From: Candidatus Desulfaltia sp.
Lineage (GTDB): Bacteria; Desulfobacterota; Desulfobacteria; Desulfobacterales; ETH-SRB1
DNA length: 64,000 nucleotides
Reading direction: 5' to 3'
Assembly (NCBI GenBank): GCA_030656555.1
Contig: JAUSPN010000028.1
Coordinates: 2,630-66,629 of the forward strand
Shown here piece after piece: positions 48,373-56,035 of the stretch. The stretch's first letter is position 1. Every line of letters begins with the position of its first letter. Under the pieces are notes generated by a model. It was not told the origin of the DNA and searched no databases. It was given only the letters and a program-made list of their open reading frames with translations. The translations under genes and the position numbers were made by a program.

Positions 48373-48400
48373 TTTGTTAACCTCATAGCGCTGTTTGAGT

Positions 48401-51091
48401 TTATATTTTTATTAATATCTTTTCAATAGCGGCTTTTATTGCACTTATCTGGTCGTCGGAGTCTATCTTTTGCCCCTCAAAATCCCTGACATAAAAAATA
48501 TCAATTACCTGATCGACTTTGGTTGCGATTTTGGCAATCCTGATATCAAGTCCGCACCTGTATAGAGCATCTGTAATCTTAAATAGAAGTCCTGGAAAAT
48601 CATAGGTAAATACCTCAATAATGGTAAAAAAACTGGAGCTTTTATTATCCACATTGATTCGATGCGGTCTTACCAGATCGTGTGGTTTTGAGGCTCTATA
48701 GGAAGATATTTTTTTATCAAGAGCTTCCACGAGATTTAACTTCCCTGACAGGGCTGATTCAAGCTCTTTCTTTGTTTTTACCCACTTTTCATCTTCAAAA
48801 ATCTGATCAAGCGGAGGCTTTACTTTAAAAATATCAAGAGCGATATTGTTTTTCCATGTATATGCCTGAGTGTCTAAAATGTCGAGGCTGTTTAAGGTAA
48901 AAATTCCCGCGATTTTAGAAAAAAGTCCGGGACGGTCTTTAGCGCAGATTGTGACAGTCCTGGTATTTGAATCATGAGCTTTGATTACATCCCAGACAAA
49001 ATCGGATTTTTCCAGACTTTTGTAAAGCCTGATATGTTTCAGCATATCCTGCGCCGGTGAATATAAAATGTATCTTGGCGACATCACATTAAATAGCGCT
49101 TCCAGTTCCTGGCGGGGCAGCAGTGTAGTTGTTAAAACAAAGAGCTCCTTTTTTTTCTTTTCAATAAGTTCAATTGCCTCTTCTGTTGCGAGTTCACCTT
49201 TCTCCAGAATGCGATGGACCTCAAGAAAAAGATTTTTTAAAAGCGCCGAAGTCCAACTCGACCATGCCTTTGGCCCGGTTGAGATAGAGTCGGCAACTGT
49301 CAGAAGGTAGAGCATTTCGAGACGTTTTACATCCTTAATCTTTCTGGCGCAGGTAATTGCGGTTTGCTCATCATTAATATCTCTTCTGGTTGCAGTTTTG
49401 ATCAGAAAGAGATGGTTCTCAACTAAAAATACAACTGTTTCAATATCTGCTGGTTTTAAATGTTTTGCAGTTAGTATAGATTGGACGATTAGAGCGCCTC
49501 TATGTGAGTGCCCAGCGCCAGGTTCCCTTTTTCCGACGTCATGAAGAAGAGCCGCCCACAGTATTAATTTTTTGCTGGTTAGTAATTTATACAGCTCGCC
49601 GCATAATGGGTCATTGGAGGTATCCTTTGATGTGCCAAAATTTTTTATTGCCTGAACCGTGAGCAGCATGTGTTTGTCTACAGGATACAGATGATACTCA
49701 TCATACTGAAAACGATTAACTATTCCTTTGATTTCCGGTATAAACCGCACAAGAAAACCGGTGTTCAACATTTCATTTAGAACATTAAGTGTTGGAGTAT
49801 AAGTTACTAAAATCTTTTGAAATGATTTTACAGCAGAAACTGAAGATCTGAAGTCGTCATTAATTAGATATGCAAAATCCTTTACAAGCCGTTTGGCCTC
49901 AGCGCCAAGCGGTATATTCAGGCGCGCACTTTCCTCAAATATCTTTATCATCAAATCAGGAGAGCTCAGAATGTCCTCCGGAGTTCTAAAGTTTAATCTG
50001 TTCCTGATAATGCTCAGCCCTTTTACTTTGACCAGCTTTTCCGGTTTTGTTTTTAGCCTTGATCTTTTTGTATAGCTCTGCTCATAAAGAAACATCAAAA
50101 GCTGTTCTTTCAACAGTTCCATCCGGCTGTGGAGTTTACCTAAAAATCTTTCTACCGGCTCCTGTCCGTTTCCCTTTTTAAAATGAAGATCTTTGGCCAG
50201 TTTCATCTGGTATTCAAAATACAGGTAATCGCATTTTCTGCCGGCTAAATGTTGCAAACGGTTTCTAACATTCCATATAAATGAAAGGGCGTTTGTTAAA
50301 GCGTTATACTCCTCATGGGACAGGTAGCCATAATACTCAAGATCTCTGCGCTGCTTAATATCTGATGATTTAATCTTGGCGATCCACAGCATTGTATGAT
50401 AATCTCTCAGCCCTCCCAGCCCCTCCTTCAGGTTTGGTTCAAGAAGATATGTAGAGTCTCCGAAGCGCTGGTGGCGTTTTCTGTTGTTTTCGATAAGCGC
50501 TTTGGTTATTTTTTGGGATTGTTTTAACAGTATTTTTTTACGGACCAGTTCCATAAGCTCGAAATGCAAAGAAGAGGTTCCGCATATAAAACGGGCATCC
50601 AGAAGAGAGGTAAGGACCTCAATATCTTTTTTTGCCAGGCTTACACATTCCTTCAGCGATCTGACAGCATAACCAATATCAAAGCCGATATCCCATAGCG
50701 GGTAAAGAATTTCTCTAATAAGATTATCAGCACTGCCTGGGATTTCTTTGTTAAAAAGGAAAAGAAGGTCTATGTCTGAATGGACACATTGTTCCTGCCT
50801 GCCATAACCGCCAACAGCTATAATTGCGCAAGGGTTTTTAATGGTACCTGTTCCCGTGTCGATTAAGTTTGTCTTATAACCTTCACAAAAATATTCATCC
50901 AAAAGTTCAGCATGCTGCTTAAGAAAAGATGGTTCTTTACCTTTTAAAAAGCTTGAAATTAAACTTTTTCTCTTTTGCTGAAGGCTTTTTGAGGCGTGAT
51001 TAAATTTTTTCATCAATTTTAAATAGTTTAATTTTGTTTTTGATGTCAAACAATTAAATAAACACTTGAACAAAAGCTCATGCCCCCGCAT
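48401..51091 (-). CDS. glnD: [protein-PII] uridylyltransferase / uridylyl-removing enzyme
   Basis: Nucleotidyltransferase (GGYGRQEQCVHSDIDLLF), HD domain (LLHDVGK) and two C-terminal ACT domains. The start is uncertain: TTG 51094, ATG 51091 or ATG 51013. Confidence 0.85.
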   Translation of the reverse strand: MRGHELLFKCLFNCLTSKTKLNYLKLMKKFNHASKSLQQKRKSLISSFLKGKEPSFLKQHAELLDEYFCEGYKTNLIDTGTGTIKNPCAIIAVGGYGRQEQCVHSDIDLLFLFNKEIPGSADNLIREILYPLWDIGFDIGYAVRSLKECVSLAKKDIEVLTSLLDARFICGTSSLHFELMELVRKKILLKQSQKITKALIENNRKRHQRFGDSTYLLEPNLKEGLGGLRDYHTMLWIAKIKSSDIKQRRDLEYYGYLSHEEYNALTNALSFIWNVRNRLQHLAGRKCDYLYFEYQMKLAKDLHFKKGNGQEPVERFLGKLHSRMELLKEQLLMFLYEQSYTKRSRLKTKPEKLVKVKGLSIIRNRLNFRTPEDILSSPDLMIKIFEESARLNIPLGAEAKRLVKDFAYLINDDFRSSVSAVKSFQKILVTYTPTLNVLNEMLNTGFLVRFIPEIKGIVNRFQYDEYHLYPVDKHMLLTVQAIKNFGTSKDTSNDPLCGELYKLLTSKKLILWAALLHDVGKREPGAGHSHRGALIVQSILTAKHLKPADIETVVFLVENHLFLIKTATRRDINDEQTAITCARKIKDVKRLEMLYLLTVADSISTGPKAWSSWTSALLKNLFLEVHRILEKGELATEEAIELIEKKKKELFVLTTTLLPRQELEALFNVMSPRYILYSPAQDMLKHIRLYKSLEKSDFVWDVIKAHDSNTRTVTICAKDRPGLFSKIAGIFTLNSLDILDTQAYTWKNNIALDIFKVKPPLDQIFEDEKWVKTKKELESALSGKLNLVEALDKKISSYRASKPHDLVRPHRINVDNKSSSFFTIIEVFTYDFPGLLFKITDALYRCGLDIRIAKIATKVDQVIDIFYVRDFEGQKIDSDDQISAIKAAIEKILIKI

Positions 51092-51178
51092 CAAAATAAG
51101 CTTGCTTTCATATATGAAATAAATGACTATTACTATATGAAATAAACAAGTGTTACTATCTTTAGGAGTTCATTAAGC

Positions 51179-51910
51179 ATGGAAAACACGGAAAAAATTA
51201 CATCAGAAACCCAGAATAAATATATCAAGGCTTTGATGGACATAAGCAGGGCGATAACATCAGACCTCTACATTGAAGATATTCTAAAGCTTATTGTTAT
51301 GGTTACAGCCGGAGTTACCGGTCTTGAAATTTGTTCATTGTGGCTGGTAGATGAAAGTGAAAATCCAAAGAAAATACATCTTAAGGCCACGCAGTCGATT
51401 GATCCGGATTATGTAAAGGACAGGTCTTTAAATTTGAATGAAGGCATAGTGGGTTATGTGGTGACTCATAAACGGCCATGTATTGTGATGGATGTTTTAA
51501 AAGAACCTATGTTTAAAGAAAAAGATATGGCTAAAAAGCTCGGACTCGTGTCTATGTTGAGTGTTCCGCTTCAGGTAAAGGATGAAAAAGTGGTCGGTGT
51601 TTTTAACTGTTTTACAGCACATCCTCATAAGTTTTCTGAAACAGAAGTAAACATGATTACAACAGTTGCCAATCAGGCGGCCCTGGCAATACTTAATACC
51701 GAATTGATGGTAAAAACCAAGGTTATCCAGGAAGAGCTGGAGACGCGCAAAATAGTCGAGCGGGCCAAGGAATTACTGATGCGTCGCCGAAATAAAACCG
51801 GAGAAGAGGCATATCTCTGGATTAGAAAACGGAGTATGGATACGCGCAAATCAATGCGCTGTGTAGCTGAAGCGATTCTGCTTTCAGAGGAACTCGATAT
51901 TGATTTGTAA
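51179..51910 (+). CDS. GAF-ANTAR RNA-binding antiterminator
   Basis: 243 aa with an N-terminal GAF-like domain and a C-terminal ANTAR helix bundle (LETRKIVERAKELLMRRRNKTGEEAYLWIRKRSMDTRKSMRCVAEAIL). Confidence 0.8.
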   Translation: MENTEKITSETQNKYIKALMDISRAITSDLYIEDILKLIVMVTAGVTGLEICSLWLVDESENPKKIHLKATQSIDPDYVKDRSLNLNEGIVGYVVTHKRPCIVMDVLKEPMFKEKDMAKKLGLVSMLSVPLQVKDEKVVGVFNCFTAHPHKFSETEVNMITTVANQAALAILNTELMVKTKVIQEELETRKIVERAKELLMRRRNKTGEEAYLWIRKRSMDTRKSMRCVAEAILLSEELDIDL

Positions 51911-51974
51911 AAAATAACTTGACATATTTGCTGCGTTTGACTTAAAAATTTAATTAATAATTTTATGTAAATTT

Positions 51975-52059
51975 TGCACAATGGCGTGCAGAGATTTTTT
52001 TGAATATGTAAGACAAAGGCGTCTTTCCCCCTGTAAAGGGTGGACGCCTTTTTTATTTT
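51975..52059 (+). promoter_or_regulatory. ANTAR target: two hexaloop hairpins overlapping an intrinsic terminator (gdhA leader)
   Basis: TGCAC-AATGGC-GTGCA (51975..51990) and AAGAC-AAAGGC-GTCTT (52010..52025), both with loops of the form A..G.. . Terminator AAAGGCGTC(T)/(G)GACGCCTTT at 52015..52051 plus a T-run shares its 5' arm with hairpin 2. Confidence 0.75.
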
Positions 52060-52129
52060 GGACCCTGGTTATAGAACTTTTACGAGTCCATTAAGCATAA
52101 AAAAACAAACGAGGGGAGGAAGAGTAGTT

Positions 52130-53479
52130 ATGTCGAACTTTATGAAGATGTGTGAGGCCAGAAATCCCGGCGAGTTGGAGTTTCTTCAAGCTGTTTCAGA
52201 GGTTGTTGAGTCAGTAGAGCCGGTTTTGGAAAAGCATCCAGAGTATCGTAGTGCGAAGATTCTGGAGCGCATGGTTGAGCCGGAGAGGGTTATTATATTT
52301 CGTGTTCCCTGGGTTGATGACAATGGTGAAATCCAGATTAACAGGGGTTACAGGATTCAGATGAACAGTGCTATAGGCCCCTACAAAGGTGGTCTCCGCT
52401 TTCATCCTTCTGTTAACTTAAGCATTCTGAAGTTTTTGGGATTTGAGCAGGTTTACAAGAATGCCCTGACCACCCTTCCCATGGGTGGTGGCAAGGGCGG
52501 TTCCGATTTTAATCCCAAGGGTAAGTCAGAGGGTGAAGTTATGCGTTTTTGTCATAGTTTCATGGCGGAACTATTCAGATACATCGGATCCAATACTGAT
52601 GTTCCAGCAGGTGATATAGGTGTCGGCGCCAGAGAAATCGGGTTTCTGTTCGGCATGTACAAAAAACTGCGCAATGAGTTTACCGGTGTTTTGACAGGGA
52701 AGGGGCTTACCTGGGGCGGCAGCCTGATACGTCCCGAAGCTACGGGATACGGTATGGTTTACTTTGCTGCGGAGATGCTTGCCTCTCATGATGAAACGTT
52801 TGAAGGTAAGACATGTCTGGTGTCAGGTTCAGGAAATGTGGCTCAGTATTCAGCAGAGAAGATTATTGATCTGGGCGGAAAGGTAGTAACTCTGTCAGAC
52901 TCTTCAGGATATATATATGATGAATCGGGTATCACACGTGAAAAGCTTGATTATGTTATGTATCTGAAGAATGTTGAGCGTGCCAGAATCAAAGAGTATG
53001 CCGAAAAATATCCCGAGGCTGTATATACGCCTGTTGATCCTGTTCTTGGTTATAACCCCCTTTGGAATCACAAGGCGGATTGTGCTTTCCCCTGTGCGAC
53101 ACAGAATGAGATCAATGCAAAGGATGCGAAAAATCTGGTGGACAATGGCATCAAACTTGTAAGCGAAGGCGCAAACATGCCGACCATGCCGGAAGGCGTA
53201 GAAATATTTATTGATGCCGGCATATTGTATGCGCCTGGAAAAGCTTCCAATGCAGGCGGTGTTTCAGTTTCCGGTCTTGAGATGACCCAGAACAGTATGC
53301 GTTTGAGTTGGACCAGTAAGGAGGTGGACGATTATTTGAAGAAGATTATGAAGAGCATTCACACCTCCTGTGTTGAGGCTGCGAAGGAGTATGGCACGCC
53401 CGGCAATTACGTTAATGGCGCGAACATAGCCGGTTTTACCAAGGTCGCAGAAGCAATGATGGCTCAGGGGGTAGTGTAA
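52130..53479 (+). CDS. gdhA: NADP-specific glutamate dehydrogenase
   Basis: GPYKGGLRFHP, KGGSDFNPKG and GSGNVAQY motifs. ATG 52130 follows GGAGG; the listed start 52040 would lie inside the terminator. Confidence 0.9.
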   Translation: MSNFMKMCEARNPGELEFLQAVSEVVESVEPVLEKHPEYRSAKILERMVEPERVIIFRVPWVDDNGEIQINRGYRIQMNSAIGPYKGGLRFHPSVNLSILKFLGFEQVYKNALTTLPMGGGKGGSDFNPKGKSEGEVMRFCHSFMAELFRYIGSNTDVPAGDIGVGAREIGFLFGMYKKLRNEFTGVLTGKGLTWGGSLIRPEATGYGMVYFAAEMLASHDETFEGKTCLVSGSGNVAQYSAEKIIDLGGKVVTLSDSSGYIYDESGITREKLDYVMYLKNVERARIKEYAEKYPEAVYTPVDPVLGYNPLWNHKADCAFPCATQNEINAKDAKNLVDNGIKLVSEGANMPTMPEGVEIFIDAGILYAPGKASNAGGVSVSGLEMTQNSMRLSWTSKEVDDYLKKIMKSIHTSCVEAAKEYGTPGNYVNGANIAGFTKVAEAMMAQGVV

Positions 53480-53567
53480 TATCAGCGCTCGAAGATCCCT
53501 GTATAAATTTATCGTCTGCTCGACAAATCAACCACTCGACTAATCTGTGAGCAAAGCGAGCTAAGTT

Positions 53568-53621
53568 CAATGATTGCAATTGTTGATTATAAGGCCGACA
53601 ACCTGAGCAGTGTGGAGCGTG
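53568..53621 (+). pseudogene. duplicated 5' fragment of hisH (17 codons)
   Basis: CAATGATTGCAATTGTTGATTATAAGGCCGACAACCTGAGCAGTGTGGAGCGTG matches 60849..60902 at 50 of 54 positions. Homology stops abruptly and the frame ends at 53665. Confidence 0.8.
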
Positions 53622-53736
53622 GACAAAGGTGGACGGAAGTCACATGCCACGTCAAGCCAGAATAGATGCGAAATACCGCAAAGACTGCGGAGCAAAACCT
53701 TGAAAAACCTGCTTTCTGATGAACTTCCATTTCTGT

Positions 53737-54270
53737 TTGAAGAACCCTGTAGCTTGCGACAGGGTTCTTCAAAAAACTATTAACTGTGAACCGAACAATT
53801 TCAACTGGTCGACCTTCAGATCGGCCTCTTCCTGTTTCTTGACGTATTTTTTTACCGTTTCTTCATCTCGGCCAACTGTTGATACAAAATAACCCCGGGC
53901 CTAAAAATTTTGACCTGTAAAATTGTGCCGTCGCCCTGCATATGTTCTGGCAATATGTATTGCACATTTCCCTTTGATATAGCCGACAACCTGGGATACT
54001 GAATGTTTCGGAGGGATTGATATCAATAGATGGACATGATCTCCCATAAGATGTCCTTCTATTATATTTGATTCCTTTTGCAATGCCAGTTCTCTCAAAA
54101 CTTCACCAAGGTATCTTCTTAGATTGCCGTATATTAACTTTTTCCGATATTTCGGAACAAATTAGATGGTACTTGCAATCCCATGTTGTATGGTTTAATT
54201 TATTATAATTGTTCATCGAAAGTCTCCTATTCTGTTATCTTTGAGCGGTTCACATTATTGGAGACTTTCG
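53737..54270 (-). mobile_element. IS200-type insertion sequence, decayed (minimum extent)
   Basis: Bounded by a 14-bp perfect hairpin TTGAAGAACCCTGT/ACAGGGTTCTTCAA (53737..53772) over the tnpA stop and an 11-bp hairpin CGAAAGTCTCC/GGAGACTTTCG (54217..54270) that sequesters the tnpA SD. Confidence 0.7.
53769..54216 (-). pseudogene. tnpA: IS200/IS605 Y1 (HUH) transposase TnpA, inactivated
   Basis: MNNYNKLNHTTWDCKYHL - 2-nt deletion - FVPKYRKKLIYGNLRRYLGEVLRELA...GDHVHLLISIPPKHSV...GQNF-TAG-ARGYFVSTVGRDEE. The frameshift is near 54163. There is an in-frame TAG (53901..53903) where Trp is conserved. Confidence 0.85.
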
Positions 54271-54272
54271 TA

Positions 54273-54476
54273 TATTCCCGGAAATGTCAAACTTTGGGAG
54301 TCTCCCGCGGAATCTGTGTTACTGTCTGTCCTGAAAACGCGATTAGCAGGCAGGAAAGAGAAAAGGATGATTTTGAGTATGTTGTGGATGAAACAAGATG
54401 CATAGGCTGCGGATTTTGCGCGGGTGCATGCCCTTGCGGGATCTGGGATCTTGTGGAAAATGATCCTGTTGGATAG
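54273..54476 (+). pseudogene. 4Fe-4S ferredoxin-domain remnant
   Basis: Intact second cluster CIGCGFCAGACPCG but a degenerate first one (CQTLGVSRGICVTVCP). No credible start. The upstream part of the listed ORF is the IS200 end. Confidence 0.35.
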
Positions 54477-54697
54477 ATTTTTTTGACAGGATAAACAGGA
54501 TAAACAGGATTTGTAATCGTAGCCGTTCACGGCTTGAAACTTGAAATTGGAAACTTGAAATTGGAAAGAACAGTACAAAAGCATGAAGGCCAAATTTCCA
54601 ATTTCTATTTTCCAATTTCAACGTTCGTGAACGCTTACAAAAAATGTAATTTCTTATACAATTAAATTAAAAGAACTGATTCGACTTAAACACTGCC

Positions 54698-55849
54698 ATG
54701 AAAGCATTATTAGCACTTGAAGACGGACGTACCTTTACATGCCGGTCTTTTACAGGACCCGGAGAAACCTGGGGTGAAGTTGTGTTTAATACAAGCATGA
54801 CAGGATACCAGGAGGTTCTTACTGACCCCTCATATAGAGGACAGATAGTTACAATGACCTATCCTCTGATAGGAAACTATGGCGTCAATTCTGAAGATGT
54901 CGAGTCTGATCGCATACAGGTTTCTGGTTTCCTGGTTAAAGAATATCAAAATTTTCCAAGCAATTTCAGATCCACTTCCACCCTTGGGGATTATTTAAAA
55001 TCCGGCTTTAATGGAAAAAGTGTTCTTGGTATAGAGGAGCTTGATACACGCGCTCTTACAAGACATATCCGGGATGTCGGTGCCATGCGGGCATTTATTT
55101 CAACGCATGACCTTGACCCGTTATCATGCGTGAAAAAGGCAAAGAAGATACCCGGCATAGTAGGCAAGGATCTTGTGAGAGATGTAACTACTAAGCTTCC
55201 CTATTATTGGATTGACGGAAAGCAGGTTTCAGTTGATCGCGACTTAATGTTGGACAGAGCTATTTGGGAATATAGAGGAAAGAAACCTTCGGTTATCGCT
55301 TTTGACTTTGGGATAAAATATAATATTTTAAGACTTTTGGAAAAGGCAGGATTTGAAATCATTGTTGTGCCGGCTTCAACATCTGCTAATACTGTAAAAG
55401 CAATGGAACCTGATGGGATTTTTCTTTCCAACGGTCCGGGTGATCCGGAACCAGTAATATATGCCATAGAAACTATAAAACAGCTTTTGGGATATAAGCC
55501 CATGTTTGGTATATGTCTTGGACACCAGCTTCTTGCGCTCGCCATGGGCGGAAAAACTTTTAAATTAAAATTCGGTCATCGGGGCGCTAATCAGCCCGTT
55601 AAGAATCTTTTAACAGGAAAGGTTGAGATTACTTCTCAAAACCATGGATTTGCTGTAGATACCGACAGCCTGAGAGATAAAAATGTTGAAATAACTCATA
55701 TCAATTTAAATGATAATACTTTGGAAGGCTTCAGGCACACGAAATATCCTGTTTTTTCAGTGCAATACCATCCTGAGGCATCTCCCGGGCCCCATGATTC
55801 AAGATATCTCTTTGATGAATTTAAAAAAATGATAACCTCACAAGTTTGA
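54698..55849 (+). CDS. carA: carbamoyl-phosphate synthase small (glutaminase) subunit
   Basis: VFNTSMTGYQE and GICLGHQLL (catalytic Cys), with the HP.E triad end. Confidence 0.9.
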   Translation: MKALLALEDGRTFTCRSFTGPGETWGEVVFNTSMTGYQEVLTDPSYRGQIVTMTYPLIGNYGVNSEDVESDRIQVSGFLVKEYQNFPSNFRSTSTLGDYLKSGFNGKSVLGIEELDTRALTRHIRDVGAMRAFISTHDLDPLSCVKKAKKIPGIVGKDLVRDVTTKLPYYWIDGKQVSVDRDLMLDRAIWEYRGKKPSVIAFDFGIKYNILRLLEKAGFEIIVVPASTSANTVKAMEPDGIFLSNGPGDPEPVIYAIETIKQLLGYKPMFGICLGHQLLALAMGGKTFKLKFGHRGANQPVKNLLTGKVEITSQNHGFAVDTDSLRDKNVEITHINLNDNTLEGFRHTKYPVFSVQYHPEASPGPHDSRYLFDEFKKMITSQV

Positions 55850-56035
55850 AGTGACTAAAGTGAGCTAAAGTGACTAAAGTTAAGGAATTTTGTCAATTTT
55901 ATAAAAAAATGGAGCGCAGCGACTCATTAACTTTAGTCACTTGTAACTTTGACATAAAAATTTACAGGATGAGTTTTGATGTTTTAATCCTGAACATCCT
56001 GTTAATCCTGTCAAAAAAAATTTTTTAATAAAATA

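Noticed and set aside
52040-52129. Upstream start (52040) for gdhA given by the ORF track
   Set aside because: These 30 codons cover the terminator T-run and leader. The conserved GdhA N-terminus and a GGAGG SD fit the ATG at 52130.
53570-53665. 31-codon ORF starting with the hisH-like ATG (MIAIVDYKADNLSSVERGQRWTEVTCHVKPE)
   Set aside because: Only the first 17 codons match hisH, the catalytic region is absent, and the rest is read-through into IS-flanking sequence. It is treated as a pseudogene fragment rather than a gene.
54485-56012. CRISPR array interpretation of the tandem short repeats (also applies to 8868..8904, 22550..22576 and 60811..60849)
   Set aside because: The repeat units are 6-14 nt and directly adjacent, with no 25-40-nt unique spacers. 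No cas genes are in the window.
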